Assembly: GCF_963921235.1 (NCBI RefSeq)
Contig: NC_086097.1
Span: 85,934,001 to 85,998,000, forward strand
Direction: 5' to 3'
Length of the DNA stretch: 64,000 bases
DNA from: Mobula hypostoma
Taxonomy: Eukaryota
Notes under the pieces: model-generated
Database searches by the model: none
What the model saw: the letters and a program-made list of their open reading frames with translations, nothing else
Told to the model about the DNA's origin: nothing
Shown: one piece after another, positions 26,578 to 39,145 of the stretch
Position numbering within the stretch: position 1 is the first letter of the stretch
Layout of the letters: each line of letters starts with the position of its first letter
Translations under genes and position numbers: made by a program

Positions 26578-26770
26578 GCACCTCTTCCTACAGATGCTGC
26601 CTGGCCTGCTGCGTTCAACAGCAACTTTGATGTGCGTTGCATCAGATTATGTTCCTGTTTGGATAGCGGCAGTCCAGTTCAGTACTATATCCAGGTCGCC
26701 GTGATTTTCCTTGCATTTGATCTCTATTCTTGATCAGTACTAATGTGTCTAGGCATTGCAGCGAGGACTT

Positions 26771-28199
26771 CTTTTTTTTTTCAAATCTTTTTATTATTAT
26801 TATCCAAAATTAACATGAGTACATCGAAATAAGCAACACTTACAATGTCTCAAGAAAAAGAACATTATTTTAAAGATTGAAAAAATTTTGGTGATTTAAA
26901 AAAAACCTGCTAAGCGAGAAAAATGGGCGAAAACCCCATTAGGTATTCAACCCTGGAGCCATGCATCCTACAAAAAGCTTCTAAAGATAAACATCAAACT
27001 GCCAGCAAGAAAAAATGTACCAAAAATTTGCAATTAGATCGTGGAGGAAATCTATCATTTAACTCAAATGATAATAATGAGCAAATGAACCCCACCTTTT
27101 CTCAAAATCAAACATAGGTTCAAAGGTTCGACTCCTAATTTTCTCCAAACTAAGACATAGCATCACTTGAGAGAACCATTGTGACAAAGTGGGAGCTGAT
27201 GTATCCTTCCAGTTCAACAAAATGGCCCTCCTAGCTATCAACGTAACAAATGCAATAACATGTTGGTTAGACACAGAGATTCCACGGATAGTTTGAGGAA
27301 TTATTCTAAAAAGCACAGTTAATTTGTTAGGTTGTAAATTAATTTTAAGTGCTTTAGAAATTGTTGAAAAGCTGACTTCCAGAACTGTTCCAGTATAGAA
27401 CAAGACCAAAACATATGCGTCAGTGTAGCTGTCTCAGTTTTACATCTATCACAATGACTATCAACATTAGGAAATATTTTAGATAGTTTCTCCTTCGTCA
27501 AATGGTAACGATGTACAATTTAAAATTGAATCAGTGAATGACTAACACAGATCGAAGAAGAGTTAACCAGCTTCATAATCCATGTCCAATCCTCCGTTAT
27601 AAAAGTAAAATTGAGTTCCTTTTCCCAATCTTGTTTAATCTTAAATAAAGGACGCTTAACCCATTGTAATAATAAATTAAAAATTCTTCCAATAGAACCC
27701 TTCATGGAAGGGTTCATACTCATAATAGTATCTAACAGGTCACCATCCAATATGTAAGGAAAATTACTTAAATATTTTTGTAAAGAATATCTAACTTGAA
27801 GGTATTGTAAAAAGTGTGAGTATGAAAGATAATACTTATCAACTAATTGTTCAAAAGACATCAATCTATCTTTAAATAAATCCAAAAAGGAATTAATACC
27901 TTTATTTTTCCAAAGTAAAAAAAATTGGATCACTCAAAGAAGGCTTAAAAAAGTAATTTCGACAAATTAAACTACAAAGTTTAAATTTTTTGAGATTAAA
28001 AAAATTGTGGAACTGGAGCCAAATTTGTAAAGAATGCTTAATCACAGGGTATAGGTTTAAATTAGCAACTTTAGCTAATTGTATAGGTAAAGCAGCTCCC
28101 AATAACGAGGTTAAATAAAACTGTTTCACGGCTTTCAATTCCAGTTGTACCCAAATTGGCCGATTGTTCTTAGCAATCCAATATAACCAAAAGGACATA
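26771..28199 (-). mobile_element. L1-clade LINE, 5'-truncated, with poly(A) tail and TSD
   Basis: C-terminal Cys motif HCDRCKTETATLTHMFWSC and IARRAILLNWK. AATAAA and poly(A) read as the T-run at 26772-26781. TSD CAGC(G/A)AGGACTT at 26759-26770 and 28200-28211. Confidence 0.9.
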
Positions 28200-29199
28200 C
28201 AGCAAGGACTTTCAATTCAGTTTTTATACCTGGCTCCAGGTCAAGTAGAGAAAACACTTTGCCTTAGATTGGGTTTTAATTTTCAACCCAAGAGATGTTA
28301 CTCTGAATTCTGGGAGTTAACACTGACCTCTAATGAAGGTTTTGCTAGTGCACAAACATTAACTCATTGGTGAAGCACTTGATTAGGCAAATATTGTGGA
28401 TACAATTTTAACTCGGGTCCCATTTCTATCAAGCCTTTCCCTTCTATGCTACTATTCATTTTAGCTACTCCAAACCTTGGCACTAGACTCATTCTGCCTT
28501 TTTCACTCACTGTCTTCCTTTAAAACATAATCTTCCCAAGGAAATATCAAGCAAAAACTTGAAGTGGCAAATGGCACTATGGGAACAAAATGGAGGTACG
28601 TATGATCGGTTGTCAGCCCTGACAAATCACTCACCCTGTTCATTGGTGTCTTGACAAGAAATTTCAGCGGTGAAAAGCAGGGAAGGAAATAAACTCATTA
28701 AAGCTTTGCTGAGAAATGTTTGACAGACAACAGAAACGCATGGGTGAGTCTGAGCAGGTATGCTCTTACCTGCCAATCTAATGTGATCTTTGACACAACG
28801 TTTAAAGATACCTTCCCACATTGACAGCTAAGTGTTTCTTGTTAATCTTTAAGGGGGACCTGCTGCTATTTGTGCATAAAATATAAGTGGCAGAGTATTA
28901 ACTTAAAGCTGAACAGCTCCTAGATATGTCCATTTGTGCCAATTTAAAATAGATGCCGATAATCTCTGTAGACATCTGTTGTTGGAGACTGATGATTAAA
29001 AAGAATTTTGCAAATCCATGTTCTCCCAAAGCACTTCCCCGCCAATTAACTATCCTGAAGGCTGGTCATTGTACCAATGTGTAAAGCACCAGTTTACACA
29101 CAGCAGCAATCCCCGAAGCAAAACACTGTTCTTTTTGAAGGGTATGATTGCACTGGACAGGATTCAGAGATGATTGACACCAGACTGTGGGCTGGGTTG

Positions 29200-29560
29200 G
29201 AACTCTTCAGTACTGAGATGACACTGGGTTTGTTTCCATTCGAGCAGAGGAGACTGAGTGGAGATCTGATTGAGCGAAGCAAAATTACAAGGAGGTGTAG
29301 ACGGTAACAAACTTTTCCTCATAGGAAAGACCGAGGGCATAGGTAAAAGGCAGGAAGTTTGAAGGCGATCTAAAGAAGAACCTTTTCACCAAGAGAGTGG
29401 TTGGAATCTAGGAGGCAGTCTCCCACAATGTTTAGGAAACACTTAGGTGATCACTTAAATTTCCAAAGCACAAAGCACAATGGATCAAGTGCTGGAAAAT
29501 GCGATGAGTTTACATGGTAATCAAAGGTCTGCATGAACTCAGCCTGTTTCCGTGCTCTCT
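29200..29560 (+). mobile_element. Old CR1 3' fragment
   Basis: LGLFPFEQRRLSGDLIE and TTTTCACCAAGAGAGTGGTTGGAATCT motifs. Confidence 0.75.
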
Positions 29561-32473
29561 GACAATGTGCAGAGAGCATCCATTCTTAGTTTTGTCATCT
29601 GAAGATAATTGTTCCTTAGCGTACCCTGGAAATTTCCTCAATTCTATTAATGCAGTGGGACTTCAATTTCCAACCAAAGAGGGCAAATGAAGCCTCACTT
29701 TTATTAGCTTATCCGAGAGGCTACATCTTTGGCAGCACCAAACACATTCATGCTCCGTACTTCAGCCTCAGAAGGGGTATATGAGCGTGTGCCATGTTGA
29801 CTCACAAGAGCTATCACTGCACCATAGTGCAGCGGTAATTGTTTCAGGCCTTCGCGAGCAAACGACCAATGTGGCTACTCCTCCGATTCTGAGTGCGGTG
29901 CTGTATTTGGTGTATTACCAAATTCCAGCCTCTCACTTGATTTGAGAAAACATTATTCCTGGGGACTCCACCAGGCATTTCAAGTTAGAATAGAATTTGA
30001 GCCATGATTCCTTGCAGCAACCACACAGTTAATTATTTCTCTCTGGGCAAGTGCCTGTGGAATCCAAATTATCCAGATTTCTAAAGCATTATAGGAACAG
30101 CTGATGTAATCACTGCCTCCCATAGGAATGGATAATTTATTAAACAATTTTGTGTTTAAGTTATTGAATAAATATTTGGTGCAGTTCATAGAATTATAGA
30201 TGCACTGAAACAGGTCTCTCAACCAACCAGTGTAGGACTAGTATAAGTGGGTGCATACTGACTGTCACATCTATTTATATTAAGCCTTTACTAATCCCAT
30301 TCACCCACACGATGTCTGGGGGTGTAATCAGGCTATTGCCTGTGAAAGGAGAAGAGATGCAATAGTGCTGTGTCCATCTGTTATTCGTGAACACTTGTGT
30401 TTTTGTTGTAGTGGCAATAAAGAGTGGGATCTAAGCTTTATTTTGTACTCCTCACCTTCCCATTTGACCCCACCCACCATGTGCATTGTAATTAAGGGCC
30501 AAGTTAGCTCAGAACAGGAATTAAATAGGAGGCCTTCCATTCCGTGTGATTACCTCAGGCAGTCTTTTAAAAATCCACTGCAAATGCTCGTGGACCAGCT
30601 GGCAACGCACAAGTGTTTTGTTATCGAGACAATTCCCTAGAGTCTGCTGTTGAGTAACTGAACAATTTAGCACAGGTGTCTGAAGGTCTGGTTCTGGAAA
30701 GAAACTCCATGATTATCTAAAGGGTTTGTTTCACTCTCTTCTGCAGAAACCCATCTATACACAGAGCAATCTTTCCAAAAGCAGCCTCCCAGCACCTGCC
30801 TAAAGTCTCTTTTCACAGAGAAACAGGTGCAGTGGACTGCAGAGTGATGCTTTTCTTTTAGAAGTCCGTACACTGGGAGAAGCTGAGTACATTAGTCTTC
30901 TCCTTTGCAGCGATGTAAACATCTCATGGGGCACACAAAAGCCCTAGGTCACATGTGCAGAGCTCTGCTTGGCATTGCATGTGACCAATAGCTAAACTCC
31001 CACTGCAAGACATGAGGTAAGAATTCTTGAAATGCAGAAGTATGAAATCGCAGGGGTAAAACTGTGTACTACAATGGCACATGGGATGCCATTTACCAAG
31101 ATGACCTTTGTGAAAGGGCAAATCATACCTCCAATATTTCTGTCAGTATATCAGATTCTTGTACCGTCTCTTTAATTATTCTTTGTGAATTTCATTAATT
31201 GAATTTGAGGGTAGCGCAAGCAGAGTGTTGCTGGTGTAAGTGGCGATAGAAGAGGAGTTTTTCTGTGCTGTGATGTAAGGAGGAATACAAGATCTCAAGG
31301 TTACAGTCACTGAAGCATAATTTGTGTATTTCTTCCACTATAAACACAACTGACAACTATTTCTAGAGCCATTATTTCCCATCAAAAAGCTGAGCTTTTA
31401 AATGATAATCCAGGTGTTGATGTAAATAGTTCATGTAACTTCCTGGGACATCTACCCAATTCCTCCCTCCCCCTCCCCACTGAGCTGTGGACATAACACT
31501 TTTTGCTCATTTGTGACCTTGTGCAAGTATGGCTGCTTACTGTGTTGATATCATAAACCTGGCATATTTGCCTCTTTGATAACTCCTACTTGGTAGTACT
31601 TGAAATCCTGAGCAGCCTCCTTAACGGCTGTGCACCGTGTAACTCTGTGCTTAACAGCTACTCCTCGTGTCTGCCATCAATGCCATGAGTCTTCATTGGA
31701 CCTGTCTTGGAGTGCTCTCCTTCCTGTAGCAGAAGCTTAGGAATTCCGGAGAGGATTCCACTCTGTTGTGGAATCTTAGGAATGTATAAATCCTTCATAT
31801 ATTTACTGTGGTTGGATCAGTGTTGCAGTGATGAAATAAACATAGATTTAAGGTCGGTGATGTTGTGGCAACTAGAGTTTATGGAGATTCTGCAGATGCT
31901 GGAAATCTTGAGCAACTCACACAAAATATTGGAGGATTTCAAAAGATCAGGCAACATCTATGGAGGGAAATTAACAATTGATGTTTCTAGCCTAGGCTGT
32001 TCATTTGGACTCTTGAAACATCATCAGGACGTGGAATTTTGTCCTACCATGCTATTTTCGAAAGGCAGTCCAGACTGTGGCTACCATGTTTCACGACGTA
32101 TAAGCATGCATGTCACAGTTATGTAATAGTGCTGTCACTGAGACAAACTTGTAGATGTTTAACTCTGTCTTCAAAAGTATGCTCAATGCATAGATAGTTG
32201 ACCAAATCCACAAAATCCACACTGACTTTAGAAAGGTGTGCTGCAATATTGATATCAATAATGGCACTATTATGCGGGATGCTTCCTTGATGGAAGACCT
32301 TGTCCAATTGTATTTGAAGATCATAAATCAGGTGGCACCTAGAACTGCAGTGAATGTGACTGAAAGATTACTTCAGTTTTCTTTAGACAGTTACTTAACT
32401 TAGACTGTTATTTGATGAGAGATTCTGATCCAAAATATTAAATGTCCTTTTCTCCCCATCCCACCACCTTTCT

Positions 32474-32475
<2 letters not shown>

Positions 32476-32512
<37 letters not shown>

Positions 32513-32530
32513 CACTCTCTCTCTCTCTCT
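32476..32530. repeat. (CA)n(CT)n microsatellite
   Basis: Directly visible. Confidence 0.9.
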
Positions 32531-33070
32531 TAAGTTAAGGAAACAGATATATAATTTTTTACATAAAAACTTTGTTCACTTCCTTAATTATCTGCATCAG
32601 TTCCAATTATAATTTGCTTAAACACCATTAACAAATGCTCTAATCCTGTTGAAGACCAGACAATGCAGGAGTTAAGATTATACAACCAGATTATTAAATC
32701 AAGGCTTTGATCAACTTGAAACCAATGTGAGGAGAGTGATAATGGATGAGTAGGTTCAGGGTTGGAATTAGCATGTGGGAAAGGTAGTTATGATGAATTT
32801 GGATCCAAGTTGGATGACTTGCTAGAAGATTCTTGGAACAAGGTGGAAGGTTATGTTGAGAGGTAATAAGAGGATGAGGTTTTCTGCAGCGGATGACTAC
32901 AGTGACTGGTCTGGGTGAGGGAGAGTAGGTGCTTGTGGTATGGAACAGATGTCAAACTGAATATTTAAACGCAAACAACAGGAATTCTGCAGATGCTGGG
33001 AATTCAAGCAACACACATCAAAGTTGCTGGTGAACGCAGCAGGCCAAGCAGCATCTGTAGGAAGAGGTGC

Positions 33071-33106
33071 AGTCGACGTTTCAGGCCGAGACCCTTCGTC
33101 AGGACT
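33071..33106 (-). ncRNA. Minimal type I hammerhead ribozyme, intact core, GUC site
   Basis: Reverse complement AGTC-CTGACGA-AGGGTCTCGGCCT-GAAA-CGTC-GACT. Confidence 0.87.
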
Positions 33107-34074
33107 AACTGAAGGAGGAGTGAGTAAGGGATTTGAAAGTTGGAGGGGGAGGGGGAGATCCAAAATGATAGGAGAAGACAGGAGGGGGAGGGATGGAGCC
33201 AAGAGCTGGACAGGTGATAGGCAAAAGGGGATACGAGAGGATCATGGGACAGGAGGTCCAGGAAGAAAGACGGGGGGGGTGACCGAGAGGATGGGCAAGG
33301 GGTATATTCAGAGGGACAGAGGGAGAAAAAGGAGAGTGAGAGAAAGAATATGTGCATAAAAATGAGTAACAGATGGGGTACGAGGGGGAGGTGGGGCCTT
33401 AGCGGAAGTTAGAGAAGTCGATGTTCATGCCATCAGGTTGGAGGCTACCCAGACGGAATATAAGGCGTTGTTCCTCCAACCTGAGTGTGGCTTCATCTTT
33501 ACAGTAGAGGAGGCCGTGGATAGACATGTCAGAATGGGAACGGGATGTGGAATTAAAATGTGTGGCCACTGGGAGATCCTGCTTTCTCTGGCGGACAGAG
33601 CGTAGATGTTCAGCAAAGCGGTCTCCCAGTCTGCGTCGGGTCTCGCCAATATATAAAAGGCCACATCGGGAGCACCGGACGCAGTATATCACCCCAGTCG
33701 ACTCACAGGTGAAGTGTTGCCTCACCTGGAAGGACTGTTTGGGGCCCTGAATGGTGGTAAGGGAGGAAGTGTAAGGGCATGTGTAACACTTGTTCCGCTT
33801 ACACGGATAAGTGCCAGGAGGGAGATCAGTGGGGAGGGATGGGGGGGATGAATGGACAAGGGAGTTGCGTAGGGAGCGATCCCTGCGGAATGCAGAGAGA
33901 GGCGGGGAGGGAAAGATGTGCTTAGTGGCCCCCCCATGATCCTCTCGTATCCCCTTTTGCCTATCACCTGTCCAGTTCTTGGCTCTATCCCTCCCCCACC
34001 TGTCTTCTCCTATCATTTTGGATCTCCCCCTCCCCCTCCAACTTTCAAATCCCTTACTCACTCTTCCTTCAGTT

Positions 34075-34110
34075 AGTCCTGACGAAGGGTCTCGGCCTGA
34101 AACGTCGACT
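34075..34110 (+). ncRNA. Minimal type I hammerhead ribozyme, intact core, GUC site
   Basis: AGTC-CTGACGA-AGGGTCTCGGCCT-GAAA-CGTC-GACT. Confidence 0.87.
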
Positions 34111-34679
34111 GCACCTCTTCCTACAGATGCTGCTTGGCCTGCTGCGTTCACCAGCAACTTTGATGTATGTTGCTCAAACTGGATACTTGCCTTGGAGGTA
34201 AATGTAACAGCACTGATTCTTGGAACAAGTTGATGGGTCAAGTTGAGAGGTAATGGAGAATGACATTTTCTGCAGCAGATGACTACAATGACTGATCTGG
34301 GCAAAGTAATGGAGGAAGTAGTAGGTGTTAGTGGCATTGGAGCAGGTGTCAAATTGGATGCAGGTAAATGGAACAGCACTGATCAAAACAGTTTGAGCAT
34401 TTGGTCGAGGGAAAGATATTCAGATGAGTAGCTAATGTACAGAGTTTGAGGTGGAGACTAAAGACAATGCCTGCATTTGTCCTGAAATTTATTTGGAAGA
34501 TATTTCTGCTAATTTAATACAAATCCCCAGATAAAATGGAGTAAGAGTTAAAGATAGTGAAGTTGTGGAAGGAAGTGGTAGTGAGTTGGAGCTGAAATAA
34601 AAATGGAAAATACTCAAAAGATTCAAAGGTTCATTTCATTGTCAAAGTCTGCATGTACAATACAACTCTGATATTTGTC

Positions 34680-35270
34680 TCAGGATCAGCAAGTGTCTGT
34701 GGAGAATCCAAATTAATATTTTAAGGTGATGAATTTTCATCAAACTGAAAAGGGTTTTAACGAGGTTTCACACCAAATGCCGGAGGTTCCTCAGGTAGAG
34801 GAACAAGATTTAATATATAGAGAAGGAGACAGTGAGGGGATGGTTAGGAAGTACAACTGGAAAAATCTGTGATTGGCTATAAAAATAGGAGAAATGAAAC
34901 AGCAACAAGGGTGATGCTACAATGTGAAAGTTGGTGACAGTGCGAGATAGGTGCAAATGTGAAGTAAAAGCACGGGGATGAGTGGTTTATTAAAGAAACA
35001 ATTTGGATGTCCGACAAGTTTATTTTTTGTCTCATTAGAAGAGTGTAAGAAACTGAGGATGAGAAGCAGTGTGGGAGTGGGTCAGAGAAGTAAAATGGCA
35101 GACACCTGGGAGCTTGTCATCACACGAGTGGACTGAATGGAAATGTTCCACACGTGGCTCACCCAATTTGCATGTGATCACTCCATTGTCGGGGGGGGGG
35201 GGCTACACTGTAAGCAACAAAGACTTTGTGTGAAGTTGAAAGGAATCTAATTTAATTGATCTTTTATTTG
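34680..35270 (-). mobile_element. Old, highly decayed PLE 3' fragment
   Basis: Patchy similarity to the PLE terminus and GIY-YIG end (GTGGGAGTGGG...ACCCAATTTGCATGTGATCACTCCATTGT). Confidence 0.5.
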
Positions 35271-35289
35271 TGAAATCAAATATCTTTTT

Positions 35290-35745
35290 CAAGAATAGTC
35301 ACCACATTATAGGAAGAATGTGACTGAGCTGGTAAGAGCATGGAGCAGATTCACCAGGAGGTTGCCTGAACTGGGAGACTTTAGTTATGTAGAGACATTC
35401 AGTGGGCTGGAGTGAAGGGGAGTGAAGGATGACTTGACAGAGGCATAGATAGGATTGACAGAATCTTTTTCCCATGGTAGGGACATTAAAAGCAAGAGGA
35501 TATTGGTTTAAGATGAGAGAAATGTTTATTTACATGGAGTGTGGTTGTTATCTGGAATATTCTGTCAGAGGGGATGATAAAATCAGATAACTGATATATT
35601 TAAGAGGCATTTAGTCGAACACATAAATAAGCGCAGCAGAGATGGATACAGTCCTAAGGTAGATATGTGGGATTAGTATAGATGGGCAAAAAGATTGACC
35701 TAGATGCGGTGGGCTAACGGAACTGTCACGGTCTCTAGTAACTCT
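35290..35745 (+). mobile_element. Old CR1 3' fragment
   Basis: TCACCACATTATAGGAAGAATGTG...AGATTCACCAGG...TTTAAGAGGCATTTAG. Confidence 0.75.
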
Positions 35746-36334
35746 GAAGTGAGTGTAAGTGAAAGTAGGGAGGGGGCTAATGATAAACCTCAGGGACACC
35801 ACCACTAGGTAATCTGCTTTGATCAGCCACTTAGTGATGACTGTTTTCACCCTCCCCAGTGGGCGAGACATATAGAAGGAGAATAGTATGGCTAAAACTG
35901 GAAACAGGTTTAGCATAACAAAAAAAAAGTTATATCAGATGCCATTTGTGACTTTGATATGTTCTATTACTATTGTAAGATAGAAACATATTTAAAGGGA
36001 TTTAGACCTGGAGATCTAGGAATAGTAAGTGTGATGAAAGCGTGCTCAAAGACTTTGAAAAGGAATTGGAAGAAGGAGATAAGGTGTCTGCTTGGAATGA
36101 TAGATGAGTCAAGGTATCACAGGTTATTGCTCAATGTTAATATAACTGTCAAATGTCTGGTGCAGAATGTAGTTAAATAAAATGCAGACACTTGCCTGAC
36201 AATAGGATCTAAAAATATCTTTACTGGAAATTGTAAACAGATAGCAAATCCTTAAAGAATCTGCCAGTATTTTATTGTGAGAAGGAACTGTGCACATGCA
36301 CTGGAAGAGGAAAATTCAAATGGTCTGTAAGAGT

Positions 36335-36830
36335 GGCCAGGCTCCCAGTGTTAACTCTCTGCTCCCAATCTCACCTCTTTGACCACGGCCTTCCTCCTCT
36401 CACAACAATCTTCAAAGTAAGCTCAAGATGCAATATCTCATCTTTGAATTACGCTCATTACAGATTACATATTTTATTTTGTTTAGTAGTTTTACATAGT
36501 AAGTATTTCCAGCATCCATATTACAGTTTTCAAGCATTCTTTTCACATCCCTTTCATAATTTAACATTACGCCCCCTAGACTAATGTAATTTAGTGTTAT
36601 TGCCCTTTACTCGTTTAATCTCTCCTGCCTTATATCACATTGCAAATCTTCCCATTTGTTCTATTTTTTTTCTCCACTTATTCTTCCTCTTGAAACCATC
36701 TTATCTATTCATTCCCAGTTCTGTTGCAAAGTTGTTGCCCTGAAGCATTCCCGCTCTTTCCTCCTCCCCAGATGCTGCCCAGCCAGCTGATTATTTTCAG
36801 TAGTTTTTGTTTGTATTTCAGATTTCTGGT
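36335..36830 (+). mobile_element. Old PLE 3' fragment
   Basis: Pyrimidine-rich tail ending CAGATGCTGCCCAGCCAGCTGATTATTTTCAG, as in other PLE termini. Confidence 0.5.
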
Positions 36831-37139
36831 ACTAAACTATGAATAACGTGACAATTCTCCAAAATGTGGTTTTTCCTATTAAGTACCACTTGTATCTTAA
36901 ACCACAACAAAACATCACAGCTGCACTCAAATCTGCCGTCTCTGACATCCACATTGATTATAGTAATCAAGAGGCAGAACTGTATCAGATTTCCTTTCTC
37001 TTCTGTGGTTCAAGGAACTGAAGCTATACTTAGCTTCTGCGCTGTGCCAGCTAAGACCAGTTCAGTCCATGTAAAGACCAGGAGAATCTGAGATTGTTCT
37101 GGTATACAGAGCTATGAAGGCTAAAACCAGTGTATCAAT

Positions 37140-37510
37140 AGGATTCGTTCATTCGTTATGTGCCATGTCCTATGATGTGGGCGATCATGGTGTTTCCAGG
37201 ATCATGATTGTTCTGGGAAAATTTTTTGCAGAAGTGGTTTGCCATTGCCTTCTTCTGGGCAGTGTCTTTACAAATGTGTTGACCCCAGCCGTTATCTATA
37301 CTCTTCAGAGATTGGCTGCCTGGTGTCAGTGGTCTCATAACCAGGACTTGTGATGTGCACCAGCTACTCATACAACCATCCACCATCTGCTCCCTTGACT
37401 TCACTTGATCCTGATCAAGGAGGTTAAGCAGGTGCTACACCTTGCCCAAGGATGGTTGCAGGCTAGAAGAGTGCCTTGCACCTCCTTTGGAAGAGATGTA
37501 TCTCTATCCT
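37140..37510 (-). mobile_element. RTE-related short non-autonomous element
   Basis: Minus strand carries GAAGGCAATGGCAAACCACTTC, an RTE/BovB-family motif, and an AACGAATGAACGAAT tail. Confidence 0.55.
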
Positions 37511-38719
37511 GCATCCATACCAAGAGAATTACTGCTTATAAAATTGGGAAGATGGTGGAGTGTGCAGAATAGCTGAGGGGGAGCTAGAGGTGAAGTTTTG
37601 ATTGATTTTGGAGTGAGGATTGCAAGGGTAAGAGTTTTATACCAACAAAGCCTTTCCTGTCCTGCATGCTGAGTTCTGGTGTTATATGAGCCTGATCGGC
37701 AACATCTGGCACAAGCTCACAGAAAATGATCTAATACAGCCATTTGCCAGATTGAGAATGGAGACAAGAAAGACAGGTAATGAGGATGATAGAGAGTGAG
37801 AGTGTCCTTTGTCCATTGCCCACTGGTTTCCTGTCCAAGAATATAGGGAGATGATAGGGATGCCACAAAAAAAAACACACACACATTTCATGATATGCGT
37901 GAGTGATGATAAACCTGATTCTTATCTGGGTTTCTATTGTGCACTAAGAGTGGGAAGGGAGCTGAGAAGAAGTTATTAAACTGACCTGTAAATCCCAACA
38001 CTACTTTGGACTGTATTTCTTTTATCTCTCTCAACTTGCAGAAGTGTTGCTATGTTTATTTTGTTGTGTAAAGGAGGTTAATTTAAGTTTGTTAATTTGT
38101 TTGCCATGTTAGTAATGTGTTGTTGCAAAAAGTTATTTTTTGTGGCATTTATACCTTGAGTACATAGGCACACGATGATAAGCTCAAACTTGATAAACCG
38201 GTAGGAGCAAAGTCAAGGGGTTGACATATGCTGATACTGAAACAGGAATTACCCTAGGAAAATTAGTTTGTGTAAACTACATTTTTTTCATGATGGAAGC
38301 ACAATGCTAAAATATAACTTGTTTGGTTTGCTTCATTTTAATTTGGGCACTTCACCCTTGCCTCTCCCAAAGCTACTTCCATACTGGCATCCTTGGGATG
38401 AGGTTATTCCTAGTGCAGCTCTCCTTTTATGAGAAGAGGGTCTTGGGCCATGGGATGTTTTTCATGGAAGTTTCTGGGACACTAACCTTTGAATTCTGAC
38501 GCAAACAAAATAGTCCCTAAGTACTATGCCCCTTTCCATCTAATATCCCACATTCCCAGCCTCCCCTACTCCCTCCATTTGTAACCCCTATGAGCCTTTG
38601 GTCGACCTCTTGAGTTCAGTCTGGGTGAGAGACTGGAAATAGCATCTTCAGAACATAAATTGTTACAGATTGTTGTGGTATAGAAATAGGCCCTTTGGCC
38701 CTGAACATCTATTCTGACC

Positions 38720-39145
38720 TTGAAGTACCTATCGGAGCAGCACCACATCTTCCAACCTGATAGCGCGAACAGTGATTTCTCTAACCTCTACTATTTTCTT
38801 CTCCTCCCTCCTCTCTTTTACTATTCCCCATTCTGGTTACTCTCTCAGCCCTTCTCTTCTCACCTAGCTGGCACTTACCCCTGGTTTCCCACCTCCTTCT
38901 CTTTCTTCCATTATCCACTGTCCTCTCTGATTAGATTCATTCTTCAGCCCTTGACATCTACCACCTATCACCTCCCAACCTCACTTCATCCGTCCTCCCC
39001 CATCCATGCGTGGCCCCACTCACCTGGTCTCACCTATCACCTGCCAGCTTGTACTCCTTCCTCTCCCACAATCTTTTTTGTTTTGGCTTCTGCTCCCTTC
39101 CTTTCCAATCCTGTCGAAGAGTCCAGGCCAAAACTGTTGACTGTC
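38720..39145 (+). mobile_element. PLE 3' fragment with degenerate hammerhead
   Basis: GAGCAGCACCACATCTTCCAACCTGAT...AATCCTGTCGAAGAGTCCAGGCCAAAACTGTTGACTG. Confidence 0.7.

Larger units (their letters stand above)
23988..26639. mobile_element. PLE insertion made of two divergent 3' portions (- 23988-24988, + 24989-26639), 13-bp TSD
   Basis: CATCAGATTATGT at 23975-23987 and 26640-26652. ORF 25133-26008 has YIDD RT, a CKRNKCYTC linker and GIY-YIG (VIYCVRC..LYIGET). Arms ~24022-24987 and ~25670-26640 are near-perfect inverted repeats. Confidence 0.95.
32967..34173. mobile_element. PLE insertion with divergent arms (- ~32967-33928, + ~33929-34173)
   Basis: Minus-strand GIY-YIG ORF nearly identical to the 24-26 kb copy. 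Flanks TCAAACTGAATATTT (32952-32966) and TCAAACTGGATACTT (34174-34188) form an imperfect TSD. Confidence 0.93.

Noticed and set aside
29650..29830. Possible ancient Deu-type SINE remnant (also ~15880-15960)
   Set aside because: Similarity by eye is too weak to support without an alignment.
33399..34379. 326-aa ORF as a novel gene
   Set aside because: Chance fusion of the antisense PLE tail with the GIY-YIG frame across the inversion junction.
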